Assembly (NCBI GenBank): GCA_051294375.1
Contig: CM119271.1
Span: forward strand, 14,948,770 to 15,012,769
Direction of reading: 5' to 3'
DNA: 64,000 bases
Source of the DNA: Paraspadella gotoi
Lineage: Eukaryota > Animalia > Chaetognatha
Below, in pieces: positions 1-12,494 of this stretch; positions within the stretch are counted from its first letter, which is position 1; every line of letters begins with the position of its first letter. Made by a program: the position numbers and the translations under genes. The notes beneath the pieces were generated by a model, which did no database searches, was not told the origin of the DNA, and saw only the letters and a program-made list of their open reading frames with translations.

Positions 1-896
1 TACTTCCCCATCCTCATACTGGCGCTCTGCCTGGCGACCCACTTCCACCTCGGCGCCCGCTGCCTCCACTTTCTCGGCTTCCAACAGTTCATCGGCGACG
101 ATGAGTTGACGCAGGATTACGTAGACGACGGACGGAATCTGCTCAACCGGGAAAAGCGTCATCGGGAGAGGGCGGGTCGGTTGGAAAAATGGGTTCAGAG
201 ATTGAGGGATATTGGGTTATAGCGGGGGTGGCTTTGTCATTTTATTATTAGTAATATTGTTTTTGGGGAAAACTAAATTATTATTTAACCTTAAATAGTA
301 AAATAAAACTTCTGAGAAAATCTAATCGAAAGATATGAGAAATAATCTAAACTGCTACAATAGGCAAATGAGATTGAAGAGCTCTCACTTGAAATAACAG
401 AATTTACTTTGCTTCAAAGTTAAATAATAAATACAGTTAGTGATTTAACGTCACAACAATACCGCTGCTAAGTATTTCTAGTAATAATAATAATTTCAAA
501 CTAAGCGAAATTAATTTTTCATGGCGGAGTCTGATATAAAATGTTAGTTTTCCACAGTTTTTAAAAGACTTAAACTGTACAGGGGCGACCTCCTCCCGCC
601 GGTATCGACTCGGCGCTTACCGCCCGGCCGCCTCTTCGGAGCGCGACGCCCTCGACGCCGGAAGAGGCGGTGACCCTCGCGGGGGCGGCGGCGGTGGCGA
701 TTCCTTCCCTGCCCGCAGCCGCGCCCCTGTCAAGGTCGACGACCCCGTCAACGCGGAGGATCCCGATCTAGAGAACACCTTCGGACCTTTGGACTCGCCC
801 CTTCAACTCTCCTCTGGGTCCAGAGGAGGCTATCAGAGCGGGCTGCCCAGGGGAATCGGACGGACGCCGATGAGGCGAATCTTCGACGACGTTTGA
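1..896 (+). CDS. LMBRD2: LMBR1 domain-containing protein 2, last two exons (1-175, 583-896); 5' truncated by window edge
   Basis: Frame 1 reads YFPILILALCLATHFHLGARCLHFLGFQQFIGDDELTQDYVDDGRNLLNREKR, matching the LMBRD2 C-terminal motif (LGFQQFxGDD...GKELI..EKR). A phase-1 GT-AG intron joins it to an exon ending ...RRIFDDV*, the typical LMBRD2 terminus. Confidence 0.9.
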
Positions 897-1514
897 ACTT
901 AATTCAAATTTCAAATGTCCATTCTTCGTCTCTCTCTCTTCGTCCCTCAAATCCTACTGTCGTCTCTCCATTTCGTCCCATTCTCTTTTTTTTTCGTCCA
1001 ACTGCGTCTTTCTCTCTTCTCTTTTGTAAAAACTACAAAAAAATTTTAAAAATGACAACTAGACAATAAAATAGTCATTTTGTTTTACAATTTCTGTTCC
1101 TAGTATTGCAATGAATTCGGGTGTTAGTATTATAGTACAAAGCAATTCTTATCAAGATTCCCCTTTGTCGAAATTCGATTACAAGGCGTTAGTAAAACAT
1201 TGTCGCCCTTAATTTTACACCAATTATTATAATACATATATATCTAGCGATGTACGTTAATAACTTATTTTAGTTCCTATATTTACCATAATTGTCATTA
1301 TTTTTTTAATGCATTTGTCGTTAACATTTGATTTAATCTCAAGTGTCAATTTCTCAATCTTTAATACTAGTCACGAGCTCTTTTTTAGAGCTTTTTTATT
1401 TGCCGAAATTATTATATTTATCAAAGGACAGTAATCAGAGGCTTCATAGGTTTTCCAGACTGCATTTTATCCAAAGACTTGCTTAAAAGTATTTAACCTA
1501 AATCAAGATCATTG

Positions 1515-2123
1515 ATGGAGACGATAAATGTTACGCGCGACGATCTTGGTCCAGCGAGGGCAGAAGATGTCGCTGGAGACAGTGAACTCTACGCTATGGA
1601 AGAACCTGCTCCGTCATGGGATAGATTTGAACAGCCTGCTTCAGCTAGAGATGTTGTAGAAGAATCCCTTCCAGCAAGGGATAGTTTAGAACAACCTACT
1701 TCAGTTAGAAATAGTGTTGAAGGATACGCTCCAGCTAGAGATGTTTTAAAAGAACCCGGTAAATTGGAGGACGACCAAGCTGAGAAAAAGCCGGAACCAA
1801 CGTCGACGGCCACGCCCATTCCGCTCCCGCCACCGCTCGACTTCCGATCTCCGGCCTATACTAACTTCAAATCGAGCATCGCCGCAAGCCTAAAGCGACT
1901 CAAGGTCTCTCTGGAGAGGGAGATGGCGTTGGAGGCGCGAGTGAAGGGTTTCGACGCGGAGAGACGCCGGGCCGAAGCCGACAGGGCGACGTTAAAGCGC
2001 CGGATGGAGAAGGAAGAGGAGGAGGCGCTGGAGAGATTGAGGATCGTCGAGCGGGAGGCGTTCCGGCGTCAGGAAGAAGCCAACGCGCTCATCGGGAAGT
2101 TGGACAACGATTTGGCGAGTTAG
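1515..2123 (+). CDS. Hypothetical protein: N-terminal ~10-aa acidic repeats plus C-terminal coiled coil (may be an exon of the downstream coiled-coil gene)
   Basis: ~200-aa ORF with imperfect 30-nt repeats (PARDSLEQ/SARDVVEE/PARDVLKE) followed by an E/R/K-rich helix; the 3' half has exon-like GC content. Confidence 0.55.
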   Translation: METINVTRDDLGPARAEDVAGDSELYAMEEPAPSWDRFEQPASARDVVEESLPARDSLEQPTSVRNSVEGYAPARDVLKEPGKLEDDQAEKKPEPTSTATPIPLPPPLDFRSPAYTNFKSSIAASLKRLKVSLEREMALEARVKGFDAERRRAEADRATLKRRMEKEEEEALERLRIVEREAFRRQEEANALIGKLDNDLAS

Positions 2124-2636
2124 GACGTGTTTGGGGAAAGGGGTGAATCGAATGAGAGAGGAGACAAGAGAGAAATCGCTTGTCTTTAAGTACAGTCCTG
2201 TGCAAGATAAAGAGGACACCCAAAAACATTATGAAAAATTCCTTTAAAATGAAAGACATTATAAGTGAATAATATTCATGGAAAAAGGAACTATTGGTGT
2301 AAATTTGGTTAAGATGTGGTTATTCGTTACAAAGCAGTAATTTTTTAAAAGTAATTACTAGGTTACAACTACAACAACTTCTACTCAAACCGAATATCAG
2401 AGCAGAAAAAAATTAAGGTATTTTTAACCTTTTGTGTTTAAGGTGTTGAAGCTCTGGAATGACTGGACCGATTTTCTTTTACATATATAGATTTCTAATT
2501 TCAAAATCAATATTTATCATTCATAATTTTTTATACTATGTGCGTAAAATGAGCGCAACTTAAGTTTGAAGAGTGTTCTCTTTTTTTCTGCACAAGACTG
2601 AATATAATATATAATTAATAAAATTAAGTAATAATT

Positions 2637-3851
2637 ATGTTTATATTAACGGAAGAAGATCCTGAAAAATTGTCAAATTTTCTTTCCCTCGATCGATCAA
2701 CATCATCCTCAGTCCTTCGTGAAATGAACGAGGAGTTGACGAAAGACTCGGAGATGATCAAGTCTCGCGTCGCCGATACGAAGAATCGATTGTCGGAGCG
2801 GGAGGCGCAGCTGGAGGACGCGTTGAGATCGAAGGAGGCGCTGGAGAAGAGAGCCGCCTCGAACGAGGAGAGTCTTCGTGAGAGTCGAAAAGAGGAAGAG
2901 TCGCTCCGACTCCGGACGAAGGAGATCATGACCAAATTGGTCGAGACCGAAAAGAATTTGAGATTCAAAGATGAAGAACTGAAGAGTTGTCTTCGGACTC
3001 GCGACGAACTCGGAGACGAGATCGAAGACTTGAGACGAAAATTGATAGAAGCGGAGGCGAAGTCGTCTTCGCCGAAAGACGAGGCGAGGGCGAAGACGGC
3101 GCGATGGCAGAGAGACGAACTCGACGCTTTGGAGGAGGAAGTGAAAAAGCTTAAGTCGGAAAAGCGTCAAGCGCAGAAGGAATTCGAAAAGCTGGGCCTC
3201 TGCGTCGGAGATTTGTCGGAGACGGTCAGTCTGCAGAATCGTGTCAATTCAGAGATGAGTAAAAAGTTGGATGCGAATCGGGTTGCTATCAAGGAATTGC
3301 AATCAGAAATGCAAGTTTGTAAAGAAAAATTGCAAGTTGCCAAAGATAAATTGGTTGCTAAAGAGGCGGAGTTGACACGAGAGCAAGCTGAATGGAATGA
3401 GAGATATGAAGAGTATAAACAAAGCATTCATGAATTGTCTGCGCAAAAAGACAAACTGGTTAATGATATTGAATCATTAACTCAAGAAACTACTCGCATA
3501 AAAAAAGCGTTGGACGAATCGAAGCGAAGCCACGAAGAGACTCGGTTTTTGCTGAAGAGATGCGAAGAAAAGTACGAGACGGAGTCGAGAGATTGGAAGG
3601 ACAAGGAAGACTGCTTCTCGGCGCAGTTGGCAGAGACGAACGAGTTGAAGAGACATTTGGAGGAGTTGCAGTTGGTCAACGAGACTCACTTCCAGACGAT
3701 CGGATCTGTCTTCAAAAACGCCAATCGTGTTAAGAACGGAGCGGAAGCTGATAAAGGCGGGAAAGAAGAAGAGATGAAAGTCAGCGTGGCGTGCGAGACG
3801 GAAGTGAATGGAACATCAGCTGAGACTGGGATAGCTGAGATCATTCAATGA
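2637..3851 (+). CDS. Long coiled-coil protein, family not identified
   Basis: 404-aa ORF, almost entirely heptad E/K/L/R-rich; no diagnostic motif recognised. Confidence 0.65.
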   Translation: MFILTEEDPEKLSNFLSLDRSTSSSVLREMNEELTKDSEMIKSRVADTKNRLSEREAQLEDALRSKEALEKRAASNEESLRESRKEEESLRLRTKEIMTKLVETEKNLRFKDEELKSCLRTRDELGDEIEDLRRKLIEAEAKSSSPKDEARAKTARWQRDELDALEEEVKKLKSEKRQAQKEFEKLGLCVGDLSETVSLQNRVNSEMSKKLDANRVAIKELQSEMQVCKEKLQVAKDKLVAKEAELTREQAEWNERYEEYKQSIHELSAQKDKLVNDIESLTQETTRIKKALDESKRSHEETRFLLKRCEEKYETESRDWKDKEDCFSAQLAETNELKRHLEELQLVNETHFQTIGSVFKNANRVKNGAEADKGGKEEEMKVSVACETEVNGTSAETGIAEIIQ

Positions 3852-4727
3852 TCCCTAGTTAGAACTCGGATAATAATATATAAAATTTGGAGCAGATTAA
3901 AAAAAATTATTTGAGGCTCTTTTTCCAGAAGTCGGATATATTTGCAAATTTTGCATGTTTTACATAGGCGATAAAAGTCAGTTTCATCGTTCTTTAGTCA
4001 AGAATTATGTTAATCAAACGTGACAACAATTTATTTTAAACTAGCTTATACGTGTTTTTCACGTTGTGTAATTTTGTACTCCTCACTTCAAGAAATTTTC
4101 TATAGCTAAAATGTACTTATTCGTGTTTTATTAAAAAAATTAGTTATTTTAAAAATAATTTTAAAGATCAGCTAACTCTTACTAATTACAAGCTACAGAT
4201 TACGGATGACTGACATAGTATACATGCATTTAAAATTAGAACAATGTAACTAATATGAAAAAGCGAAGCCACTTTCAAAACTTTCGTATACATTTATGAA
4301 AAATTGCATTTCTTCAATAACCTTCATGTTTTTCTTTCATATACCAGCGCGGATGATCGTTAAAAAAATGTATTAAAAATTCATAGAAATGAGGCTTAAG
4401 AGTACGAATTAAGTAATTATTATCTGCTTGCAAAGATTTCAAAAACTTCCGTTTGGAAATATTTAAATAGTTCTTATGCTTAAGCCTTAAGTTAAGGTGT
4501 GTTTGTCATATCTGTGTATCGATTCGATTTATTCGCAATAGTTTGCAAGCAGCCGGTTATTTTTTTTTTGGTTTGATTCTTTTTTGTTCTTTGTTTTTAT
4601 TTTATCGTGATTGCTTCATGAAAAATAAATTGACTTTTTTTTTCAGAAATAAACTCTAAATTATAATAAAACTTGTTAAAAATTTCCACTTTCCCTCACC
4701 ATATATTTTTCTCCCTCGAGGCGGAAG

Positions 4728-5136
4728 ATGCCGTCCGAAGATCCTCGCTTGAAGGCGATCCGCATCAAGACCGGCGTTGTCAATCGCGCCGCCAAAGAGA
4801 AGCTTGCCTACCAGAAGGAAGCCGCCCAGTTGGAGGCCAAACTCGAGGCCTTCAAGGCCTCTGACGCGGGTGCCGATGACCATGCCGTCGCCAAGTGAGT
4901 TCTTCTTGGAATTATTTGTTTCTCTTGATCATTGCCACTTCAATGTCACTTCCAGACAACAAGAGGTGTATGAGGAGTCGCGGATGATGATCCCCGACGC
5001 CACCAAGCGCCTCAAGGCAGCCTTGGACGAACTGCAAAAGCTCATCGATGAGGCCGAGGCCGACCCCGTCGTCAAGGAGACGGAGATCTTCACCAAGGCT
5101 CAGACAGCCATAGTCGAGGCCAAGAAGGCATTATGA
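4728..5136 (+). CDS. TBCA: Tubulin-specific chaperone A (exons 4728-4894, 4956-5136)
   Basis: MPSEDPRLKAIRIKTGVVNRAAKEKLAYQKEA...K|QQEVYEESRMMIPDATKRL matches the TBCA signatures IKTGVV and ESRMMIPD; 61-bp GT-AG intron. Confidence 0.95.
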
Positions 5137-5278
5137 GAGAGAGAGAGATAGAGAGAGAGAGAGACTACTATGGAACAAAGAGAGACAGAGTTAGGCCGGT
5201 TCATTCTTTCGTTGGATCTGGTTTTCGTCGGAACGAGTTTTGGAAATTGATTTTTATTAACGGAGGAGTTAACGTTCG

Positions 5279-5309
<31 letters not shown>

Positions 5310-5892
5310 TATATATATGTTAGGAAAATCGATTTTTATTTTTTCAAGTTTACTATTTTTGCTTTTTTTTTTCCCAAATTTCGCACCACATCGATGTGAA
5401 ATGCACATTATATGTTGTGCTACGTTGTGCTACGTATCGGAAAAGGAGAACGCAGCAAAGAATTTTTGGTTTACTATCGGGACATTCCGTCAATTGTGTG
5501 GCCGATCGCCGATAATGTGATAGACGGATGGGGAAAGACGATAGTCATCGGTCAACGTGAGGTAACGTGAGTTTATAAAATTGGCACAACCAATTATCCA
5601 TTCATTTAATAAATAGTGTAAAAATCGCCCCTATGTTTAACTTTTGTTTCTATTTTATGTAAATCAGAAATTTAAAATGAGGTTGATGTAATCTATTCGT
5701 CTTTCTCTCTCCTCGTTAATTGTTCTATAGCTTAATCCGCACTTTTTTTTATTTACCTGATCTACATTTCGTTTGATTTTATAATTATAAATTTTTTTAT
5801 AGATAAAGAGAACAAATTGACATCGAAAACTTGAAATCCAAATTGTTTATCATCAATCAAATTTTTGAAAAAAAAAAATAAAGTGAAAAAAG

Positions 5893-8800
5893 ATGCAGGC
5901 GTCTCGATCGGACAACGCCAGGTCTCCCTCCAACGGACGTCGGCGCTCTCGATCCCCGCGCGATCGTCGGGCGGATCAGTCGGAGAAGAGGGTCTACGTC
6001 TCCAACATTCCCTACGAGACCAAGTGGATGACGCTCAAGGATCTTTTCAAGGTTCCGAGGCGATAGGAAACTTGGTTACGAGTTTCTTTAACATATCATA
6101 TACAATTTTTTTTATACATTATACAACCTTTACATACAACTTTCAGATGTCAATTGTAACATCGAACCCAGTTCTTAAATGTTCTCGCGGTGATTATATA
6201 AGAGTTCAAAATTTAAACCTTTAAGCAAATACTTATGAGTTAGTTTCTATAATACATAATATTAAATTAGTTTAAGTATTAATTAATATTGCCAAATGAC
6301 CCAAATTCTCTAATCACTCATTATCACCAATGGCTATACTAATGACAGGAGTGGAGTTACAATTTTAGACCATGAAATGTCACATCTCAACCCAACTCAA
6401 TGTCAACACGACTATATGCAAATAAGATTAATGAACTCCATCTCCTTTTATATTGAATCAAAAGATCTTCTCTTCCCCCCCTCCCCCAGGAAAAAGTGGG
6501 CGACGTGGTTTACGTTGAAATGTACGAAGACGAAAGTGGTCGTTCCAAAGGCTGCGCCGTCGTGGAACTAAAGAGCAAAGAAGACGCGAAACGAGCGATC
6601 GAACTCGTTCATCATTACGAGATCTCCGGGCGGAAGATCACCGTCCGCGAGGAGAAGGAGGCCGATCGCCGACGGTTGGAGCGGGAGGCCGTTCCGCAGG
6701 TAAGCGGGACCACGATTATCTCTATCTCTCTCCGGTTGATTTCACCTCCAAGTCGCGTCTCTCTTGGACTCATTTTCTTCGCCCAAAAGATTTGGCTGGC
6801 TCCTTTTTGGGTTCAAGGTTGTGGATCACCATTTTTTAAAAAATGGCGGTAGTTTGAAAAAAATGATCCCTGATTCACCATCGCTGGAAAAATGTCTTAG
6901 CGGTTGGACCTTTAATGAAATTTATTTTCTACAGCTATTAGCCTTCCACGGCGGGAGGTTAACAACGTCTTGTATGCCAGTTATTTTGTCCCGCTGGTGG
7001 TTTTTATCAGTAGTGTATCCAGCACGGTCTAAACCGTTTATTTTCAGCTTGTCTCATTTGAGTTGCATATTTTTTTGCCACCCGACAATCGAGCTTTAAT
7101 TTCGATTCAGGATCGAATTTGTGAACGATTATTAAAGCGAGAGAAAGAGAGAGAGAGAGAAAAAAAAAGAGAAAGTGCAAGAGAGAGAAAGTCAGAAAGA
7201 GAGAGAGACACACACCAAGGTTCTCTTATTTTGTGTTTTTTTTTGGGACGCCATTTCTGGTGGCATTTGCCGTCTTGGTCTTGGCAATCAATTAGGTTTT
7301 TTCTTTGCCACTCCATCGGTTCATCGGGGAAGGAACGAATTTGATTTAATTTCTCTCCTCTCCTGGGTTTTTTTTCTTCTTCTTCTGGTCGGCGTCTCCT
7401 ACCATTTCTTCTTCCTCCACCAATTCCCGATTGGCAGTCGGCTTCCGGTAAACGCAAGTTAGAGGATCGAGATGGTGGTCGAGGTTCGGCGAGAGATTTG
7501 ACTCCCGTCGGTCTCGGTGGAATGAACGGATCGGCCAATGGTGGAACCAATCAATGGCAAGGTAATCACCCACTATTGTTTTGCAAGCCTCTTTTTTACA
7601 AAAAATTGTCATTTTGTTTTTGTTTTTAGTTGCGACGCGAGTAATCGCGGAGCAACTTCTCGGTCGGTACATCTGCCGGTCGGTCTATCCTACTTATGTT
7701 AAAAATACTAATAATTTGGGTAATATTTCAACAATTTAGTTCATATTTAGTAAGAAGGTAAAGCACCACGCAGAACTTCGGTCACGTGATCACAGAATGC
7801 TACAGATAAAAGATCAATAATAATGTTACAGGGAGGTCCAGCTCTAATGGGATTAACATTGTGCTTAAGGCGCAAAAACGGTTTATGATAGAAAAAAGTA
7901 CTATATTTTGAAATAAGGTTAATTTTTCTTTTAATACTTGGAGAAGGTCATGGTTACCGAAGATGAATTTTTTGAATAGATTATGCTGTCATTACATTTT
8001 TTCATATGTGTACCAATTTTTATACCATTATTCTTTTATTTACTCATCCAAATGATTTTTTTAATTTTAGTCCCAAAAGAGCTGGACCTCCCTGTACAGT
8101 ACAGTATCATTATAAGTAATTATATGATTACTCGGAAAAATGGTGTCTGCGGCGCAACACATTGAAATTATCTTCTTTTTTTTTGTTGTTGTATTTTTTT
8201 TGTTTTTTGTTTTAGTTTTTGTTGTTTTTGTCCGTCGTTCGATGAGTTTAAACATTTAGAAATTTGGTCTCGTTCTTGTTTTGTTGCATTTGTTTTCGTG
8301 GTTTTTAAAAGCGATTTCGCGATTGATAAATTTTGAATAAGGCTAACTGTTATTATTAGATTCTTACTCATGAACTGGAGATTTAATTTAAATATGTCAC
8401 TTTTTTGAAATATGCTTTGGTTTGCTGGAAGAAGTCGTAGTTTTGAAAATTAATGTGAAAAATTTGCTACCTTTTGTAAAACCGGATATCCGGATTAGTT
8501 GGATTGGGGTCATGACCGGTCACCCTTTTGCAACTTCAAACGGCCCTAATTTGCTTCCTGCTTTCTAACTTTTGTTTTGATTTTAATATTTGCTCCAGAT
8601 TGTGATAAGAAGTGATTTATTGTTGCGTTTTGATATTTTATCATTTTAATACACTTTAAATTGTTGTGTATTGGTTATGAAGCTTATGAAATTTACATGT
8701 ATGGTTGGAATTTTCTTATATCTGCTGCCGATAAGTTTTCATATGCGATCATTTTTGGATAAAATATTTTGCTAGGTTCCAGAAATTTTTTTCAAGTGGA

Positions 8801-11800
8801 ATATTTTTGCAGTGGATTATGTTTCCTTCTAATTATAATTAATTTTTTTTACAAAAACATGATGTTCATTGCTGATTTCTATCTGATTTCCAGCTGATTT
8901 CCAGCTGATTTCCAGCTGATTTCTAGCCATTATCACGTAATCTTTTAAAAAATGCGTTTTTTGTCGGATTTGGGTTTTGTTTTGCTCCTCAATAGAAAAC
9001 GAATTATGATCTGTGACAGATGAAATGCGTTCATTGTTAGTCGGACTCTCCAGTTGAGAAGGTCGGATATATAATTATAAAAATATTGGAAAGTGTTGTA
9101 AGACGCTGAACTCTTTTAAGGTTGACACTCCGTTAAGATTATTCACCGAATCGACTTGATCCGCATTGAAGTTTTAATATTATGTGTGCTTTAGATAAAA
9201 CGGTGCTCCTCAAAATGTTATGTCCCAACTCATGTCATTTGTATTAATCTCCTTCTACCCGGGCCCTCCGCCCCCCTCCCCCCTTATCCCTTCAAAGGCC
9301 TCCTCTCTTCGGTGCCCCCCAAGATCCTCCAGTCAATCGGGGTGGACCCCCAAGGCCCTCTGAGCTCCACTCTCTTCGTCTCCAATCTCTCCTTCAACGT
9401 CAAGTGGAAACACATCTACGAGACATTCTCTCTCGCGGGGAAGATCGTCACTGGGGAGATGAAGCTCGACGACGATGGTGAGACAAGAGGGGGAACCCAA
9501 ATGATAACTATTATCATTACATATTCATCGGTTATCATAAATCAACGTTTGATTGGTAGGCAAGTCCCGCGGCATGGCCATCGTCCAGATGGACAATCCT
9601 CTGGAGGCGATTCAGGCCATTTCCCTCTTTAACAACCGCAGTTTCTTCGAGCGGAAGCTGAGCGTCCGCATGGATCGATTCGATGGAAAGGATCCGGGGA
9701 AGAAGGGCGACTTAAATCGCGCCAACCGGGGCGGAATGCCGGAAGGCCTCAAGTGAGACACTAAGCGCTAGAATTTATCTTTTTTTCTCTTCATAAATGG
9801 TGGTTAAAATTATGACACTTTAGAAAATGACAAATTTATTCCATTTTGGCAATATCTATTCCAGGATTATAGATTTGAAGACGTAAAAAGTCTTACATAG
9901 TGCGGAGTTCAATATCGTATTCCCTGATCTAATACATAAGGGAATGTATGGCAACGGGGAGACGTGTGTGATGCACGGGGTGTGAGTCATCTCCCGACTG
10001 CTGGCGATCAGGGCTTTGGACCTGCAGTGACCACCAATATTGAAAGGAAAAGAACCAAATAACTTCACAGTCTCGCTGAACACAAGGCTATCAAAACAGC
10101 AGGACTGCTGATGGGTGATCACTGAACAGTCTCCAATCCACAGTGCCTCAGAGTTAACCCGAAAGACTTGTGGGTAACGAAGCACGCTTCAGCTTGTGAA
10201 CTGTCAACGGTGGGTACTCCACAAAAAAGTGGATAGGACGATGCACCACTGTTGGAGGTGATTTTATGAGGATCGCCAGTGGGTGAAGGTGGCTCACGTC
10301 AAAGGGAAACTTGCTATGAAATATTATACCACTTCATCGATAGGAAAACTTCAGTCTGTTGAATAAAGTACCCTGTGAGAATCTTAATTGAAAGATAGCA
10401 ATGTCTTACTATGTTATTATCTTGTAAGAATGATGGAGACCCTAACCTGTGCAATGAGCATGTCCAAAGTCTGGGGCAAGAAAGCTTATTAATTAAATGA
10501 ATAGGTATTACTAGATATTATTTATATTGGTTGTCCCTCTCCCCGCCCTTCCCTCCCCCCATCTCAGAGATATCGGAATGGGCCTCGGCGCCAACGGGAC
10601 CATCGTCGACATCGGGCGCCTCTTGTCCGAGCAGCAATTGCAGATGCAGCAACAGCAGAACCTCATTGGGATGAACGCTGGAATGAGCGGCATGGCTGCC
10701 ATGGCCAACATGCTCGGAATGCCTGGCGGAGGGATGGGCCTCGGCATGGGAGGAGGAATGGGTGACGGTATAGGCGGAGGCATGGGTGGAGGCTTAGGCG
10801 GCAACATGGGAGGAGGCCTCGGTGGAGGCATGGGCGGTGGCATGGCTGGAAATCGTGGAATGGGATCAGCCATGGGCGGCGGCTCCATGTCGTCCGACCT
10901 CATTTCTCGAGAGGCCCTCGGCCTGGCCTCAAGCCTGTCGCCTCCCAACGACATACGCGCTTCCACCGGCATGATGGGACTGAGCGGCATGGCAGGCATG
11001 TCGGGCATGAGAGAGGGGCCTTCCTCACTCTCCGAACAACTCCGCTCGATGAATCGCTCGGGCGTCGGCATGGGCGCCGGGATGGGCGCCGGGATGGATG
11101 CTATGGGATCCGGCATGGGAAGCATGGGCGGCCCCGGATTGAGAGGAATGGGCGGCATGGCCATGGGCGCCGGCCTGGAAGGTATACTCGACAATCTCCC
11201 TCGATCTTCCATGGCCAACGACGCAGGACTCGGGAGGTCTTTAAGCAATACGATGCTCGGCCTCGACGGAGGCGCGCGCGGCGGAGGAACGCCCGCGCCC
11301 GGAAAGGAATCTTCTGTCTTTGTCAGAAATCTGCCATTCAGCGTCAGTTGGCAAGAGTTAAAGGACAAATTCAGGTTTGTTATTGTTGTGAGAGAGAGAG
11401 AGAGATATATATATATATATATATACGTCAGTCACCACTTATTCTTTTTTCATTCAACTTTCGCGAAAGTGAGAATTAATTTTCCATCTTTTTTTTTTTA
11501 TTTCGCCAGACGAGCCTAGACTATTTGCTTTTTATTGGATATTGTAAAAGCGTATATTTGCTAAAAATTTAGATATAGCTTCTCATCATCAAGATCTTTT
11601 AAATTGATGTTTCATATGGATACAAGTATTTTTCGTTTAAATATCCTTCATATAATGACTAACTGTAATATGCAAATTAGTTAATAGTATATAAAATTCT
11701 CATTAGCTGCCTCTTCTAAAGACGAGTTGAGCTCTGCAGCGGTTGGATTTCTTTCTCTCTTTCTCTCTTTCCTTATATTTTCTAATAGTGTCATCGGAAT

Positions 11801-12494
11801 CGGACTCGTCGCAGTCGCGCATGCAATCATTTTACCATTGCATAACCGCTTTCTCTTCCCTTCGTTCTCTCTTTATTTTTAGTATCTTTTTATCTCTCCC
11901 ACATTTATTCATTCAATTTCTTTAATTAAATTATATTAATTAAATTCGTTTAATTTAATTAATTCAGCTCATACTTTTTAATTTATTTACTCAATGTAAT
12001 TTATATATCTTAATTCCTCTATCATTTATTTTAATTAAATAAATTAAAATTTAATTCTTTCATTCAATTGTATTCATTCAAATATATTATATATTATATT
12101 ATATAATATATATTCATTTTTTTATTCAAATAATTTTTACTTTTGTTTAATTCTTTTATTTAAATTTTTTTGTTTGATTTTGTATTCACTAAATCCCATA
12201 ATACAACGAAAAAAGAGAAAATACACGATGATTTTGTATTTATAAATAGAGAGAGACGAAAAAGAGTCTTAAACAAGTCTAACCTGGCCGTGACTAGAAT
12301 TCCTCTCCCTTTCTTTTCCCTTCAGATCCGTTGGCGACGTCCGATTCGCCGAGATCAAAGTCAAAGAGGGAAAAAGTCAAGGATGCGGCGTGGTCAAGTT
12401 CGCGACCAGGGAGGAGGCGTGCCGCGCTATCGATCTCTTTGACGGAACGAGGATCGATGGTAGAGAGATCGAAGTTCGATTCGATCGAGCTTAA
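5893..12494 (+). CDS. MYEF2: Myelin expression factor 2 / hnRNP M-like three-RRM protein (multi-exon)
   Basis: RRM1 RVYVSNIPYETKWMTLKDLFK|EKVGDVVYVEM...GRSKGCAVVE; RRM2 LFVSNLSFNVKWK...GKSRGMAIVQ...LEAIQAISLFN; G/M-rich linker; RRM3 VFVRNLPFSVSWQELKDKFR|SVGDVRFAEIK...GKSQGCGVVKF...IEVRFDRA*. Confidence 0.9.
8871..8926. repeat. Tandem repeat of an 11-bp unit (GCTGATTTCCA), ~5 copies, intronic
   Basis: gctgatttct atctgatttc cagctgattt ccagctgatt tccagctgat ttctag. Confidence 0.85.
9930..10533 (+). repeat. Longest copy of a dispersed, CpG-poor interspersed repeat family (other fragments ~12830-12955, 16855-17064, 35855-35935, 37430-37675, and reverse at ~50350-50485)
   Basis: Shared strings among copies: ATACCAC(C/T)TCAT(T/C)GATAGGAAA, AAGCCTGTCCAAA, GGGGCAAGATAGCTT, ATATTGGTTGT. 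The 5' part is shared with the 37430 copy (TATGGCAAC, TGTGATGC, CATCTC, GTGGATAG, TGAAGG). Confidence 0.75.

Noticed and set aside
5370-5570. Sm-site-like AATTTTTGG (5461-5469) in the TBCA-MYEF2 spacer as a possible SL RNA or snRNA gene
   Set aside because: I could not identify a convincing leader-donor hairpin or snRNA similarity, and the motif is common in T-rich DNA.
10511-11368. 285-aa minus-strand Pro/Met-rich ORF
   Set aside because: It is the antisense shadow of the Gly/Met-rich MYEF2 exon and has no independent motif.
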